From: Escherichia coli
GTDB lineage: Bacteria; Pseudomonadota; Gammaproteobacteria; Enterobacterales; Enterobacteriaceae
Assembly: GCF_016026235.1 (NCBI RefSeq)
Contig: NZ_CP065613.1
Direction: 5' to 3' (one strand)
Length of the DNA stretch: 64,000 nucleotides
Under the pieces are notes generated by a model that had not been told where the DNA came from, did not search any database, and saw only the letters and a list, made by a program, of their open reading frames with translations. This document shows positions 33,925 through 49,818 of this stretch, piece by piece. A program made the position numbers and the translations under genes. Within the stretch, counting starts at the first letter, position 1, and each line of letters begins with the position of its first letter.

Positions 33925-36555
33925 TTATTGCAATTTCGCGCTGACCCAGCCTTTCACACTGGCTAACGCTGCAGGTAAGGCCGCAGCATCCGTACCACCG
34001 GCTTGCGCCATGTCAGGACGTCCACCACCCTTGCCGCCCACCTGCTGAGCGACCATACCAATCAGTTCCCCTGCTTTCACACGATCTGTGACGTCCTTAG
34101 ATACGCCTGCAATCAGAGAAACCTTACCTTCGGCTACCGTTGCCAGCACGATAATTGTCGACCCCAGCTGATTTTTTAAATCGTCAACCATGGTACGCAA
34201 CATTTTCGGCTCAACACCGCTAAGCTCGCTAACCAACAGCTTAACACCATTAACATCAATTGCCTTACTGGAAAGATTTGCGCTCTCCTGTGCGGCAGCT
34301 TGTTCTTTAAGCTGTTGTAGTTCTTTTTCTAACTGACGCGTACGTTCCAGTACTGAGCGCACTTTATCAGCCAGATTATTGCTATCGCCTTTCAGCAGAT
34401 GTGCGACTTCGCTTAAGCGATCGCTGTCTGCATGAACGGTGGCGATAGCGCCTTCTCCGGTTACCGCTTCGATACGACGAACGCCTGCAGCAGTGCCCGA
34501 TTCAGAGATGATGCGGAACAGACCAATATCACCAGTGCGGCTGGCGTGAGTACCGCCACACAGCTCGGTGGAGAAATCGCCCATGCTCAGCACGCGTACG
34601 CGCTCATCATACTTCTCGCCGAACAGCGCCATCGCACCTTTCGCTTTCGCCGCTTCGAGATCCATGATGTTGGTTTCGATCGGCAAATTGCGACGAATCT
34701 GTGCGTTCACCAGGTCTTCGACCGCACGAATCTCTTCTGGTTTCATCGCTTCGTTGTGTGAGAAGTCGAAGCGCAGCACCTTGTCGTTAACCAGTGAACC
34801 TTTCTGCGATACATGAGTACCCAGAACCTGGCGCAGCGCAGCGTGCATCAGGTGCGTTGCGGAGTGATTCAGACGAATACGGGCGCGACGAGCCTCATCA
34901 ACATCAGCCTGCACAGCGTCGCCCACTTTCAGAGAACCCGCAGCAAGTTTACCGATGTGACCAATCGCCTGGCCGTATTTCTGCGTATCTTCCACCACGA
35001 AGGAGAAGTTAGCGCCTTTCAGTTCGCCTTTATCACCAACCTGACCGCCGGATTCCGCATAGAATGGCGTTTGATCCAGCACGACCACAGCTTCCTGGCC
35101 TGCATTGATGGCATCAACCGCTTTACCATCAACAAACAGCGCGGTCACTTTGCCGTTCAGTTCCAGATGGTCATAGCCTTTAAATTCAGATGCACTGTCA
35201 ACACGGATCATTGCGTTGTAATCGGCACCAAAGCCGCTGGCTTCGCGCGCCCGACGACGCTGCTCTTCCATTGCTGCTTCAAAACCAGCTTCGTCAACTT
35301 TGATGTTGCGCTCACGACAAACATCAGCCGTCAGGTCAACCGGGAAGCCATAGGTGTCGTACAGACGGAAAGCAGTTTCACCATCCAGCGTATCACCAGA
35401 AAGTTTTGCCAGCTCTTCATCCAGCAACGCCAGACCGCGCTCCAGAGTACGAGCAAACTGCTCTTCTTCAGTCTTCAGCACCTGCTCAACCTGCGCCTGC
35501 TGGCGTTTCAGGTCTTCACCCGCAGAGCCCATAACGTCGATCAGCGGACCAACCAGTTTGTAGAAGAAGGTTTCTTTCGCGCCGAGCATATTACCGTGAC
35601 GCACTGCGCGACGAATGATACGACGCAGTACATAACCACGGTTTTCATTGGACGGCATTACGCCATCCGCGATCAGGAACGCACAAGAACGAATGTGGTC
35701 AGCGATTACGCGCAGCGATTTATTGCTCAGATCGGTTGCGCCAGTGACTTTCGCTACCGCCTGAATCAACGTGCGGAACAGGTCGATGTCATAGTTAGAG
35801 TTAACGTGTTGCAGCACCGCAGCAATACGCTCCAGACCCATACCGGTATCTACAGACGGCTTCGGCAGCGGTTCCATCGTGCCATCGGCCTGGCGGTTGA
35901 ACTGCATGAAAACGATGTTCCAGATCTCAATGTAGCGGTCGCCGTCTTCTTCCGGACTTCCCGGAGGGCCACCCCAAATGTGGTCGCCGTGATCGTAGAA
36001 GATTTCGGTGCACGGGCCGCACGGACCAGTGTCACCCATCTGCCAGAAGTTGTCAGATGCGTATGGCGCACCTTTGTTATCGCCGATGCGAATAATACGT
36101 TCGCGCGGGATCCCGACTTCTTTTTCCCAGATTTCGTAGGCTTCGTCGTCGCTTTCATAGACGGTAACCCACAGACGCTCTTTCGGCAGGGCAAACCATT
36201 TTTCGCTGGTCAGCAGTTCCCATGCAAACTGAATGGCATCGTGTTTGAAATAGTCGCCGAAGCTGAAGTTGCCCAGCATTTCGAAGAAGGTATGGTGACG
36301 CGCGGTGTAACCGACGTTTTCCAGGTCGTTGTGTTTACCACCCGCACGCACGCAGCGTTGGGAAGTGGTAGCGCGGGAATAATTACGCTTGTCGAGCCCA
36401 AGGAACACATCCTTGAACTGGTTCATCCCGGCGTTGGTAAACAACAAAGTTGGGTCGTTATGGGGTACCAGGGAGCTGCTGGCAACTACCTGATGTCCCT
36501 TACTATGGAAAAAGTCGAGAAACGCCTGACGGATCTCAGCGGTGCTCTTGCTCAT
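33925..36555 (-). CDS. alaS: Alanyl-tRNA synthetase
   Basis: 876-aa [34 protein letters not shown]... Confidence 0.98.
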   Translation of the reverse strand: MSKSTAEIRQAFLDFFHSKGHQVVASSSLVPHNDPTLLFTNAGMNQFKDVFLGLDKRNYSRATTSQRCVRAGGKHNDLENVGYTARHHTFFEMLGNFSFGDYFKHDAIQFAWELLTSEKWFALPKERLWVTVYESDDEAYEIWEKEVGIPRERIIRIGDNKGAPYASDNFWQMGDTGPCGPCTEIFYDHGDHIWGGPPGSPEEDGDRYIEIWNIVFMQFNRQADGTMEPLPKPSVDTGMGLERIAAVLQHVNSNYDIDLFRTLIQAVAKVTGATDLSNKSLRVIADHIRSCAFLIADGVMPSNENRGYVLRRIIRRAVRHGNMLGAKETFFYKLVGPLIDVMGSAGEDLKRQQAQVEQVLKTEEEQFARTLERGLALLDEELAKLSGDTLDGETAFRLYDTYGFPVDLTADVCRERNIKVDEAGFEAAMEEQRRRAREASGFGADYNAMIRVDSASEFKGYDHLELNGKVTALFVDGKAVDAINAGQEAVVVLDQTPFYAESGGQVGDKGELKGANFSFVVEDTQKYGQAIGHIGKLAAGSLKVGDAVQADVDEARRARIRLNHSATHLMHAALRQVLGTHVSQKGSLVNDKVLRFDFSHNEAMKPEEIRAVEDLVNAQIRRNLPIETNIMDLEAAKAKGAMALFGEKYDERVRVLSMGDFSTELCGGTHASRTGDIGLFRIISESGTAAGVRRIEAVTGEGAIATVHADSDRLSEVAHLLKGDSNNLADKVRSVLERTRQLEKELQQLKEQAAAQESANLSSKAIDVNGVKLLVSELSGVEPKMLRTMVDDLKNQLGSTIIVLATVAEGKVSLIAGVSKDVTDRVKAGELIGMVAQQVGGKGGGRPDMAQAGGTDAAALPAALASVKGWVSAKLQ

Positions 36556-36682
36556 AATTATCCTGAAATCAAGCTAACGAAATATCGCCACCAGCTCCAG
36601 CGTGTCTTAACCGCCGGGCTGGTAACTGAAAAGTGGGAATAAGATAAGTTTTCTTGACTGGGAAGTAAAATACCGTATGCGT

Positions 36683-37183
36683 TCAGTCGGCAAAATTTCG
36701 CCAAATATCCTGGATATCTTCCATCAGATAGCCACGATAGAGCAGAAAACGCTGGATCTTAACTTTTTCTGAAAAGACAGTTGGCAAAGGTTCACCATAT
36801 TTTCGCGTCGCCTGATCGCGCGCCAGTGCGCACCAGTCGATGTCACATTCACGCATCGCTTTTTCTGTCGCTTCGCGGGAAATACCTTTCTGATTCAGTT
36901 CCTGGCGAATACGCGCAGGTCCATAACCTTTGCGGCTACGGCTGGCGATAAAGCGCGCAACAAATCGGCTGTCATCGAGATAGCCATGTTCATGGCACCA
37001 GGCAATAACGCGCTCGTAATCTTCTGCCGTAGCATCAATCTCTTCTGGGCCATTTTTGCCCATAATCGGTGCCGTGAGTTTACGTCGCAGTTCTTGCTCA
37101 CTGTGATCGCGCACCGCCAGAATGCGTACCGCACGATCCAACAGGCGAGCATATGCCGGGCGACGGGACGTTGATTCTGTCAT
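36683..37183 (-). CDS. recX: RecA regulator RecX
   Basis: 166-aa ORF immediately downstream of recA. Confidence 0.95.
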   Translation of the reverse strand: MTESTSRRPAYARLLDRAVRILAVRDHSEQELRRKLTAPIMGKNGPEEIDATAEDYERVIAWCHEHGYLDDSRFVARFIASRSRKGYGPARIRQELNQKGISREATEKAMRECDIDWCALARDQATRKYGEPLPTVFSEKVKIQRFLLYRGYLMEDIQDIWRNFAD

Positions 37184-37201
37184 GGCATATCCTTACAACT
37201 T

Positions 37202-37233
37202 AAAAAAGCAAAAGGGCCGCAGATGCGACCCTT
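37202..37233 (-). terminator. Hairpin terminator between recA and recX (partial termination)
   Basis: Minus strand aagggtcgcatctgcggccctt followed by ttgctttttt. Confidence 0.7.
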
Positions 37234-37251
37234 GTGTATCAAACAAGACGA

Positions 37252-38392
<1,141 letters not shown>

Positions 38393-38890
38393 TCAAGTGT
38401 TTTGTAGAAATTGTTGCCACAAGGTCTGCAATGCATACGCAGTAGCCTGACGACGCACCGCATCACGGTCGCCGCTGAAGCATTCCCGCCGGGTAATGCC
38501 TTCACCGCGGGCAGTGGCAAAAGCAAACCAGACGGTGCCGACAGGCTTCTCTTCACTGCCGCCATCCGGCCCGGCGATACCACTAATAGACACGGCATAA
38601 TCAGCACGAGCCGCTTTCAGTGCACCTATCGCCATTTCCACCACGACGGGTTCACTCACCGCGCCATGCTGCGCCAGCGTCTCTTCGCGTACGCCGATCA
38701 TTTGCGCTTTCGCTTCGTTACTGTAGGTGACAAATCCGCGTTCAAACCAGGCGGAACTGCCGGCAATATCGGTAATCACTTTCGCTACCCAACCGCCGGT
38801 ACAAGACTCAGCAGTTGTTACGGTTGCGCCACGGGCTTTCAGCGCCTGCCCAACCTGTTCGCTTAACTGCATCAGTTCACTGTCAGTCAT
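38393..38890 (-). CDS. pncC: NMN amidohydrolase PncC (CinA-like C-terminal domain)
   Basis: 165-aa ORF MTDSELMQLSEQVGQALKARGATVTTAESCTGG... Confidence 0.9.
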   Translation of the reverse strand: MTDSELMQLSEQVGQALKARGATVTTAESCTGGWVAKVITDIAGSSAWFERGFVTYSNEAKAQMIGVREETLAQHGAVSEPVVVEMAIGALKAARADYAVSISGIAGPDGGSEEKPVGTVWFAFATARGEGITRRECFSGDRDAVRRQATAYALQTLWQQFLQNT

Positions 38891-39034
38891 CACAACCTCT
38901 GTCAGTCAAAAATTTATGCCGGACAAGATAGCACTTTCGTCAGGAAGATGGTGTTGGCGTTGCAATTTTACGAGGAGGATTCAGAAAAAAGCTGATTAGC
39001 CAGAGGGAAGCTCACGCCCCCCTCTTGCAAATAG

Positions 39035-40120
39035 TTACTGCACGCGCGCCAGCGCCACGGCTTGTCCTAACTGCCAGACCGCCATTGCGTAATGGGTACT
39101 GTGGTTATAACGGGTAATGGTGTAGAAGTTCGGCAGACCGTACCAGTACTGGTAACCGGTACCGACATCCAGACGCAGCAGGCTGGCTTGTTGATGGTTG
39201 CCCAGCGGCTGCTGTGGCGTTAAACCTGCCGCGGCAAGCTGCGAAATGCTGTACCTGGTTTTGAAGCCATTTGGCAAGCCTGGAGCCTGACCGTTTGCCA
39301 TTACCGCGACCTGATCGCCTTTCACCCAGCCGTGCGCTTTGAAATAGTTCGCCACGCTACCGATCGCATCAACCGGATCCCACAGGTTGATATGCCCGTC
39401 GCCGCTGAAATCTACCGCATATTGTTTGTAAGACGACGGCATAAACTGTCCGTAGCCCATCGCCCCGGCAAAGGAACCTTTCAGATTGAGCGGATCGTCC
39501 TGCTCGTCGCGCGCCATCAGCAGGAAGGTTTCCAGCTCGCCAGAGAAATACTCCGCGCGGCGTGGGTAGTTAAATGACAGCGTTGCCAGCGCATCGAGGA
39601 TGCGAGTTTTCCCCATCACGCGCCCCCAGCGGGTTTCAACGCCGATAATCCCGACGATAATTTCCGGCGGTACGCCATACACCTGCCACGCGCGATTCAA
39701 CGCATCTTCATACTGATTCCAGAAAACCACACCGTTCTGCACGTTGTCCGGCGTAATAAATTTTTTGCGATAACGCAGCCATGCGCCGTTCGGACCTGAT
39801 GGCGGTTTCACCGATGTGGTTGGTGCCTGGTTATCCATCAGCCGCAGTACCGAATCCAGACGTTTCGCCTGGGAGAGAATTTCCTGCAACTGCTGACGAT
39901 CGAAACCGTGTTTGTTCACCATTTTGTCGATGAACTGCTGGGCATTCGGGTTATTGGCGAAGTCGCCGCCCATCTGCATCACATTGTGCTGCGGCTCAAG
40001 CAGGAAGCCGCCAGACGGCGTTCCGGTGGTCGTATCAGTCTCAGTAGGTTTTGGCTTGCTGCTACAGGCGGCAAGCAACACAAAAAGGGGAAGCAATGTT
40101 ACATAACGACGCTTGAACAT
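39035..40120 (-). CDS. mltB: Membrane-bound lytic murein transglycosylase B
   Basis: 361-aa ORF from MFKRRYVTLLPLFVLLAACSS (lipoprotein signal and lipobox); tracked ORF extends 35 codons upstream. Confidence 0.9.
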   Translation of the reverse strand: MFKRRYVTLLPLFVLLAACSSKPKPTETDTTTGTPSGGFLLEPQHNVMQMGGDFANNPNAQQFIDKMVNKHGFDRQQLQEILSQAKRLDSVLRLMDNQAPTTSVKPPSGPNGAWLRYRKKFITPDNVQNGVVFWNQYEDALNRAWQVYGVPPEIIVGIIGVETRWGRVMGKTRILDALATLSFNYPRRAEYFSGELETFLLMARDEQDDPLNLKGSFAGAMGYGQFMPSSYKQYAVDFSGDGHINLWDPVDAIGSVANYFKAHGWVKGDQVAVMANGQAPGLPNGFKTRYSISQLAAAGLTPQQPLGNHQQASLLRLDVGTGYQYWYGLPNFYTITRYNHSTHYAMAVWQLGQAVALARVQ

Positions 40121-40357
40121 GAGGGGTCCATTTAACAGATTCAACCAGGGGCAAGTATGGTAAAGCATCCCGCCCCGCACAAGGAAGCGGTAGTCACTGC
40201 CCGATACGGACTTTACATAACTCAACTCATTCTCCTCGCTATCCTTTTATTCAAACTTTCAAATTAAAATATTTATCTTTCATTTTGCGATCAAAATAAC
40301 ACTTTTAAATCTTTCAATCTGATTAGATTAGGTTGCCGTTTGGTAATAAAACAATAA

Positions 40358-41895
<1,538 letters not shown>

Positions 41896-41905
41896 AGGCT
41901 GAAAC

Positions 41906-43060
<1,155 letters not shown>

Positions 43061-43165
43061 TCAACAGCGGAGATCCGTTAAGGATCTCCGTGAGACTAAT
43101 AGAATGCCTGATGCGCTACGCTCATCAGGCATACAGGACTTCCGCCACTACATTAAGGAAAAGTT

Positions 43166-43525
43166 ATGGTATCCGCACTCATCACTGTCGCCGTTATCGC
43201 CTGGTGTGCGCAACTGGCCTTAGGCGGCTGGCAAATTTCTCGTTTTAACCGTGCCTTCGACACACTATGCCAGCAAGGGCGGGTTGGCGTGGGCCGTTCC
43301 AGCGGGCGCTTTAAACCGCGGGTCGTGGTCGCCATCGCGCTGGACGATCAGCAGCGCATCGTCGACACCTTGTTTATGAAAGGACTGACCGTCTTCGCAC
43401 GACCGCAAAAAATTCCCGAAATTACGGGCATGCATTCTGCTGATTTACAGCCCGATGTGATCTTTCCCCATGATCCACTATCACAGAATGCTCTATCATT
43501 GGCGCTTAAACTGAAACGTGGATAA
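43166..43525 (+). CDS. gutM: Glucitol operon activator GutM
   Basis: 119-aa ORF; synteny. Confidence 0.85.
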   Translation: MVSALITVAVIAWCAQLALGGWQISRFNRAFDTLCQQGRVGVGRSSGRFKPRVVVAIALDDQQRIVDTLFMKGLTVFARPQKIPEITGMHSADLQPDVIFPHDPLSQNALSLALKLKRG

Positions 43526-43591
43526 TTTCGTTGTGAATGTTACTTGCTTGCGAAGTTATCATTTTGAAACCTAAATCAGGTAATCACGCCC

Positions 43592-44365
43592 ATGAAACCT
43601 CGTCAGCGTCAGGCCGCCATTCTGGAGTATCTGCAAAAGCAGGGTAAATGCTCGGTTGAAGAATTGGCGCAATACTTTGACACCACAGGCACAACCATTC
43701 GCAAAGATCTGGTCATTCTGGAACATGCCGGAACCGTCATTCGTACTTATGGCGGAGTGGTGTTGAATAAAGAGGAATCCGATCCGCCTATCGATCATAA
43801 AACACTCATCAACACCCACAAGAAAGAGCTGATTGCAGAAGCTGCCGTTAGTTTTATCCATGATGGCGATTCGATCATTCTTGATGCTGGCAGTACCGTT
43901 TTGCAGATGGTTCCCCTGCTCTCGCGCTTTAATAACATCACGGTGATGACCAACAGCCTGCATATCGTCAATGCGCTATCCGAACTGGATAACGAACAAA
44001 CTATCCTGATGCCAGGCGGAACGTTTCGCAAAAAATCGGCCTCATTTCACGGGCAACTGGCAGAGAATACCTTCGAGCATTTCACCTTCGATAAATTGTT
44101 TATGGGCACCGACGGCATCGATCTCAATGCGGGCGTAACCACCTTTAACGAGGTTTATACCGTCAGTAAGGCAATGTGCAATGCCGCGCGCGAAGTGATT
44201 TTGATGGCGGACTCATCAAAGTTTGGCCGTAAAAGCCCCAACGTAGTTTGCAGTCTTGAAAGCGTCGATAAGCTGATTACCGACGCAGGTATCGATCCGG
44301 CGTTTCGTCAGGCGCTGGAAGAGAAAGGGATCGATGTGATCATAACCGGAGAGAGCAATGAGTGA
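43592..44365 (+). CDS. srlR: DeoR-family glucitol operon repressor
   Basis: 257-aa ORF with N-terminal HTH. Confidence 0.9.
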   Translation: MKPRQRQAAILEYLQKQGKCSVEELAQYFDTTGTTIRKDLVILEHAGTVIRTYGGVVLNKEESDPPIDHKTLINTHKKELIAEAAVSFIHDGDSIILDAGSTVLQMVPLLSRFNNITVMTNSLHIVNALSELDNEQTILMPGGTFRKKSASFHGQLAENTFEHFTFDKLFMGTDGIDLNAGVTTFNEVYTVSKAMCNAAREVILMADSSKFGRKSPNVVCSLESVDKLITDAGIDPAFRQALEEKGIDVIITGESNE

Positions 44366-45323
44366 AGCACTACTGAACGCGGGACGTCAGACGTTAATGC
44401 TGGAGTTGCAGGAAGCAAGCCGTTTACCGGAACGTCTGGGCGATGATTTTGTTCGCGCCGCCAATATCATCCTGCACTGCGAAGGCAAAGTGGTGGTTTC
44501 GGGAATTGGCAAATCGGGCCACATTGGTAAGAAAATCGCCGCAACACTTGCCAGTACCGGCACACCGGCTTTTTTTGTCCATCCGGCAGAAGCACTGCAC
44601 GGCGATCTGGGGATGATTGAAAGCCGCGATGTGATGCTGTTTATCTCTTACTCCGGTGGCGCGAAGGAACTGGATCTGATTATTCCGCGTCTGGAAGATA
44701 AATCTATCGCGCTGCTGGCGATGACCGGCAAACCGACGTCACCGCTGGGCCTGGCGGCAAAAGCGGTGCTGGATATCTCCGTAGAACGCGAAGCCTGCCC
44801 GATGCACCTTGCGCCGACCTCCAGCACCGTCAATACCCTGATGATGGGTGACGCGCTGGCGATGGCGGTCATGCAGGCGCGCGGATTTAATGAAGAAGAT
44901 TTTGCCCGCTCCCACCCAGCCGGGGCACTGGGCGCTCGCTTGCTGAATAAAGTGCATCATCTGATGCGCCGTGACGATGCCATCCCACAGGTGGCGTTAA
45001 CCGCCAGCGTGATGGATGCGATGCTGGAACTCAGCCGCACCGGTCTGGGGCTGGTGGCGGTATGTGACGCTCAACAACAGGTACAAGGCGTCTTTACCGA
45101 CGGCGATTTACGTCGCTGGCTGGTAGGCGGCGGCGCACTCACCACGCCAGTTAATGAAGCGATGACGACAGGCGGCACCACGTTACAGGCGCAAAGTCGC
45201 GCCATCGACGCCAAAGAGATCCTGATGAAGCGCAAAATCACTGCCGCACCGGTGGTGGATGAAAACGGCAAACTCACCGGCGCAATTAACCTGCAGGATT
45301 TCTATCAGGCCGGGATTATTTAA
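44358..45323 (+). CDS. gutQ: D-arabinose 5-phosphate isomerase (SIS plus CBS domains)
   Basis: 321-aa ORF; 3' end overlaps the norR 3' end by 4 bp on the opposite strand. Confidence 0.9.
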   Translation: MSEALLNAGRQTLMLELQEASRLPERLGDDFVRAANIILHCEGKVVVSGIGKSGHIGKKIAATLASTGTPAFFVHPAEALHGDLGMIESRDVMLFISYSGGAKELDLIIPRLEDKSIALLAMTGKPTSPLGLAAKAVLDISVEREACPMHLAPTSSTVNTLMMGDALAMAVMQARGFNEEDFARSHPAGALGARLLNKVHHLMRRDDAIPQVALTASVMDAMLELSRTGLGLVAVCDAQQQVQGVFTDGDLRRWLVGGGALTTPVNEAMTTGGTTLQAQSRAIDAKEILMKRKITAAPVVDENGKLTGAINLQDFYQAGII

Positions 45324-46834
45324 TCCTTCAATCCCAGACGTTTCGCCAGCCGATGCAGGTTGGCGACGTCGGTTTCCAGCATCCGCGCGCAGGCAGCCCA
45401 GTTGTGATGATTTTGTGCCAGTGCCTGGCGAATGGTTTCACGCTGGAACGCTTCTGTCGCTTCACGCAGGTTTTGCTTAACAACGGGCACCGCCGCCGCT
45501 TCTGGCGGCGGCAACGTCACCTCAGGAAAAGCAAAATGTTGCGCCTCAAGAATCACTTCATCGCCGTTGCGGGTGGCTCTCGCCAGCACTACCGCCCGAT
45601 GAATAGCATGTTCCAGTTCGCGCACGTTCCCCGGAAAACGATAGTGTTGCAGTAAATTTCGCGCTCCGGCACTTAATACCACGCGGGAGAGCCCCAGCCG
45701 CAAACGACACTGCTCGCAGAAATACCCCGCCAGCAGAATGACATCATCGCCCCGCTCACGCAGCGGCGGCACCGAAAGTGGAAACACGCTCAGGCGATGA
45801 AACAAGTCAGCGCGAAATCGCCCTGCCAGCACCTCTTCGCGTAAGTCGCGGTTAGTCGCCGCCAGCACGCGCACATCGACCCGCAAACTACGGTCATCGC
45901 CAACGCGCTGAATATCGCCATACTGCAACACCCTCAGCAGCTTGGCCTGCAATGCCAACGACAACTCGCCGATCTCATCCAGAAACAGAGTGCCGTTATC
46001 CGCCATTTCAAACTTCCCGCTGCGGTTACTGATAGCGCCAGTAAACGCTCCTTTCACATGCCCGAACAACTCACTTTCCGCCACACTTTCCGGCAGTGCA
46101 GCACAGTTGAGATAGACCAGCGGATTCACCGCCCGTGGCGAGGCTTCATGAATCGCTTTCGCCACCAGCTCCTTACCGGTTCCCGTCTCACCGCTGATCA
46201 GGACGTTGAGATCGGACGCCGCCACAATCTCAATCTCTTTTTTCAGTTGCGTCATGCCAGGGGACAAGCCAATCATCTGCGTCTGTTTCACCGCTTCAAA
46301 CGGCGTGGCATCGCCTGGCATCATATTCTGGCTTTCCAGTTGTTCAATCAGCAACGCATTGCTTAACGCTCCCGCCGCCAGCGCAGCAATCAGCCGTAGC
46401 TCTTCGTCGCTGAAAACATCGAACTGATCGGGCTGCATCCCGTCGAGCGTCAGTGCGCCGATCAGGTTTTGTCCGGCAAACAATGGCAGACCAACGCAGG
46501 CGTGAACCTTCAGACTCTCCTGCCCAGGAATCAAACCGTCATAGGGATCGGGCAATTCGCTGTCTGCGGGAAAGCGCACCACATCCCCGGCGCGGGCAAT
46601 CGCTTCCAGCCGTGGATGCCCTTCCAGCGCAAAGCGTCTACCGAGTACATCCTTCGCCAGCCCGTCGATGGCAAGGGGAATAAACTGCCGCGAGTCATAA
46701 CGTAGCAACGCAGAGGCATCACACTCCAGCACCTGACGCAGCGTGGTGATCAGGCGCTGAAAACGATCCTGATGACCAATCCCACGCTGCAATTCGATGG
46801 CGATATTCGCCAGCACATCAACGGAAAAACTCAT
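45320..46834 (-). CDS. norR: Sigma-54-dependent NO-responsive activator NorR
   Basis: 504-aa ORF from [18 protein letters not shown]...; GAF, AAA+ ([14 protein letters not shown]) and C-terminal HTH regions; tracked ORF extends 25 codons upstream. Confidence 0.9.
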   Translation of the reverse strand: MSFSVDVLANIAIELQRGIGHQDRFQRLITTLRQVLECDASALLRYDSRQFIPLAIDGLAKDVLGRRFALEGHPRLEAIARAGDVVRFPADSELPDPYDGLIPGQESLKVHACVGLPLFAGQNLIGALTLDGMQPDQFDVFSDEELRLIAALAAGALSNALLIEQLESQNMMPGDATPFEAVKQTQMIGLSPGMTQLKKEIEIVAASDLNVLISGETGTGKELVAKAIHEASPRAVNPLVYLNCAALPESVAESELFGHVKGAFTGAISNRSGKFEMADNGTLFLDEIGELSLALQAKLLRVLQYGDIQRVGDDRSLRVDVRVLAATNRDLREEVLAGRFRADLFHRLSVFPLSVPPLRERGDDVILLAGYFCEQCRLRLGLSRVVLSAGARNLLQHYRFPGNVRELEHAIHRAVVLARATRNGDEVILEAQHFAFPEVTLPPPEAAAVPVVKQNLREATEAFQRETIRQALAQNHHNWAACARMLETDVANLHRLAKRLGLKD

Positions 46835-46846
46835 CTTTGCCTCACT

Positions 46847-46902
46847 GTCAATTTGACTATAGATATTGTCATATCGACCATTTGATTGATAGTCATTTTG
46901 AC
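46847..46902. promoter_or_regulatory. Three NorR enhancer sites (GT-N7-AC type) in the norR-norV intergenic region
   Basis: gtcaatttgac (46847-46857), gtcatatcgac (46868-46878), gtcattttgac (46892-46902). Confidence 0.8.
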
Positions 46903-46957
46903 TACTCATTAAGGAGCATAATTTTATTTATAGAGTAAAAACAATCAGATAAAAAAC

Positions 46958-46973
46958 TGGCACGCAATCTGCA
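46958..46973 (+). promoter_or_regulatory. Sigma-54 (-24/-12) promoter of norVW
   Basis: tggcacgcaatctgca (GG-N10-GC) 48 bp upstream of the norV ATG. Confidence 0.85.
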
Positions 46974-47020
46974 ATTAGCAAGACATCTTTTTAGAACACG
47001 CTGAATAAATTGAGGTTGCT

Positions 47021-48460
47021 ATGTCTATTGTGGTGAAAAATAACATTCATTGGGTGGGTCAACGTGACTGGGAAGTACGAGATTTTCACGGCACGGAATA
47101 TAAAACGCTGCGCGGCAGCAGCTACAACAGCTACCTCATCCGCGAAGAAAAAAACGTGCTGATCGACACCGTCGACCATAAATTCAGCCGCGAATTTGTG
47201 CAGAACCTGCGTAATGAAATCGATCTGGCGGATATCGATTACATCGTGATTAACCATGCAGAAGAGGACCACGCTGGGGCGCTGACCGAACTGATGGCGC
47301 AAATTCCCGATACGCCGATCTACTGTACTGCCAACGCTATCGACTCGATAAATGGTCATCACCATCATCCGGAGTGGAATTTTAATGTGGTGAAAACTGG
47401 CGACACGCTGGATATCGGCAACGGCAAACAGCTCATTTTTGTCGAAACACCAATGCTGCACTGGCCGGACAGCATGATGACTTACCTGACAGGCGACGCG
47501 GTGCTGTTCAGTAACGATGCTTTCGGTCAGCACTACTGCGACGAGCATCTGTTCAACGATGAAGTGGATCAGACGGAGCTTTTCGAGCAGTGCCAGCGTT
47601 ACTACGCCAATATCCTGACGCCGTTCAGCCGCCTGGTAACGCCGAAAATTACCGAGATCCTGGGCTTTAACTTACCAGTCGATATGATAGCGACCTCCCA
47701 CGGCGTGGTCTGGCGCGATAACCCGACGCAAATTGTCGAGCTGTACCTGAAGTGGGCCGCTGATTATCAGGAAGACAGAATCACCATTTTCTACGACACC
47801 ATGTCGAATAACACCCGCATGATGGCTGACGCTATCGCCCAGGGGATTGCGGAAACCGACCCACGCGTGGCGGTGAAAATTTTCAACGTCGCCCGAAGCG
47901 ATAAAAACGAAATCCTGACCAATGTCTTCCGCTCAAAAGGCGTGCTGGTCGGCACTTCGACGATGAATAACGTGATGATGCCGAAAATCGCCGGGCTGGT
48001 TGAGGAGATGACCGGATTACGCTTCCGTAACAAACGCGCCAGTGCTTTCGGCTCTCACGGCTGGAGCGGCGGTGCGGTGGATCGTCTTTCCACGCGCCTG
48101 CAGGATGCGGGTTTCGAAATGTCGCTTAGCCTGAAAGCGAAATGGCGACCAGACCAGGACGCTCTGGAGTTATGCCGTGAACACGGTCGCGAAATCGCCC
48201 GTCAGTGGGCGCTCGCGCCGCTGCCGCAGAGCACGGTGAATACGGTAGTTAAAGAAGAAACCTCTGCCACCACGACGGATGACCTCGGCCCACGGATGCA
48301 GTGCAGCGTCTGCCAGTGGATTTACGATCCGGCAAAAGGCGAGCCAATGCAGGACGTTGCGCCAGGAACGCCGTGGAGTGAAGTCCCGGATAACTTCCTC
48401 TGCCCGGAATGCTCCCTCGGCAAAGACGTCTTTGAAGAACTGGCATCGGAGGCAAAATGA
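47021..48460 (+). CDS. norV: Flavorubredoxin, anaerobic nitric oxide reductase
   Basis: 479-aa ORF with C-terminal rubredoxin CxxC...CPxC motifs. Confidence 0.95.
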   Translation: MSIVVKNNIHWVGQRDWEVRDFHGTEYKTLRGSSYNSYLIREEKNVLIDTVDHKFSREFVQNLRNEIDLADIDYIVINHAEEDHAGALTELMAQIPDTPIYCTANAIDSINGHHHHPEWNFNVVKTGDTLDIGNGKQLIFVETPMLHWPDSMMTYLTGDAVLFSNDAFGQHYCDEHLFNDEVDQTELFEQCQRYYANILTPFSRLVTPKITEILGFNLPVDMIATSHGVVWRDNPTQIVELYLKWAADYQEDRITIFYDTMSNNTRMMADAIAQGIAETDPRVAVKIFNVARSDKNEILTNVFRSKGVLVGTSTMNNVMMPKIAGLVEEMTGLRFRNKRASAFGSHGWSGGAVDRLSTRLQDAGFEMSLSLKAKWRPDQDALELCREHGREIARQWALAPLPQSTVNTVVKEETSATTTDDLGPRMQCSVCQWIYDPAKGEPMQDVAPGTPWSEVPDNFLCPECSLGKDVFEELASEAK

Positions 48461-49590
48461 GTAACGGCATTGTGATCATTGGTTCGGGCTTCGCCGCCCG
48501 CCAACTAGTGAAAAATATTCGCAAACAGGACGCCAGTATTCCATTAACCCTGATTGCCGCCGACAGCATGGATGAGTACAACAAACCTGACCTCAGCCAT
48601 GTTATCAGTCAGGGGCAACGTGCCGACGACCTTACCCGCCAGACGGCAGGTGAATTTGCCGAGCAGTTTAATCTGCGCCTGTTTCCGCAAACCTGGGTGA
48701 CGGATATCGATGCAGAAGCCCATGTAGTAAAAAGCCAGAATAATCAGTGGCGATACGACAAGCTAGTGCTGGCAACCGGTGCCAGCGCCTTTGTCCCGCC
48801 AGTGCCTGGGCGTGAGTTAATGCTGACATTAAATAGTCAGCAAGAGTATCGCGCCTGTGAAACGCAACTGCGGGATGCACGACGCGTGTTGATTGTTGGC
48901 GGTGGTTTGATTGGTAGCGAACTGGCGATGGATTTTTGTCGTGCAGGCAAAATGGTTACGCTAATCGACAACGCTACCAGTATTCTGGCGTCGTTAATGC
49001 CACCGGAAGTAAGCAGTCGCTTGCAGCATCGGTTGACGGAGATGGGCGTTCATCTGCTGTTGAAATCTCAGTTGCAGGGGCTGGAAAAAACGGATTCTGG
49101 CATTCTGGCAACGCTGGACCGCCAGCGTAGTATCGAAGTGGATGCGGTAATTGCCGCCACCGGACTGCGCCCGGAAACCGCCCTGGCACGACGTGCCGGG
49201 CTGACGATTAATCGCGGCGTTTGCGTCGATAGTTATCTGCAAACCAGTAATGCCGATATTTACGCGCTGGGCGATTGCGCGGAAATTAACAGTCAGGTAT
49301 TGCCGTTCCTGCAGCCGATTCAACTTAGCGGGATGGTGCTGGCAAAAAATCTTCTCGGCAATAACACACCGCTGAAACTACCGGCGATGCTGGTGAAAAT
49401 CAAAACGCCGGAATTACCGCTGCATCTGGCAGGCGAAACCCAGCGTCAGGATTTACGCTGGCAGATTAATACCGAACGCCAGGGAATGGTGGCGCGCGGC
49501 GTTGACGATGCTGACCAGCTTCGCGCCTTTGTGGTCAGTGAGGATCGGATGAAAGAGGCATTTGGATTGTTGAAAACGTTGCCGGTGTAG
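48457..49590 (+). CDS. norW: NADH:flavorubredoxin oxidoreductase
   Basis: 377-aa ORF overlapping norV by 4 bp; FAD/NAD glycine motifs. Confidence 0.95.
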   Translation: MSNGIVIIGSGFAARQLVKNIRKQDASIPLTLIAADSMDEYNKPDLSHVISQGQRADDLTRQTAGEFAEQFNLRLFPQTWVTDIDAEAHVVKSQNNQWRYDKLVLATGASAFVPPVPGRELMLTLNSQQEYRACETQLRDARRVLIVGGGLIGSELAMDFCRAGKMVTLIDNATSILASLMPPEVSSRLQHRLTEMGVHLLLKSQLQGLEKTDSGILATLDRQRSIEVDAVIAATGLRPETALARRAGLTINRGVCVDSYLQTSNADIYALGDCAEINSQVLPFLQPIQLSGMVLAKNLLGNNTPLKLPAMLVKIKTPELPLHLAGETQRQDLRWQINTERQGMVARGVDDADQLRAFVVSEDRMKEAFGLLKTLPV

Positions 49591-49810
49591 GTGGGCTACT
49601 GTGCCTAAAATGTCGGATGCGACGCTGGCGCGTCTTATCCGACCTACGGGGAGCGCATGTGTTGGTCACATAATGCGTTCATGTCACATACAGCTACTGT
49701 GCCCAAAATGTCGGATGCGACGCTGGCGCGTCTTATCCGACCTACGGGGACGCATGTGTAGGCCGGATAAGGCGTTTATGCCGCATCCGGCAATAATGGT
49801 GTTCAGATGC
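49591..49810. repeat. Tandem ~98-bp direct repeat with REP palindromes between convergent norW and hypF
   Basis: ctactgtgcc(t/c)aaaatgtcggatgcgacgctggcgcgtcttatccgacctacgggga occurs twice (near 49596 and 49693), followed by gccggataaggcgtttatgccgcatccggc. Confidence 0.8.
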
Positions 49811-49818
49811 AACACGTT

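Noticed and set aside
34813-36642. 609-aa ORF on the plus strand
   Set aside because: Lies entirely antisense to alaS; long stop-free antisense frames are expected in GC-rich, codon-biased genes; no independent start or ribosome-binding context
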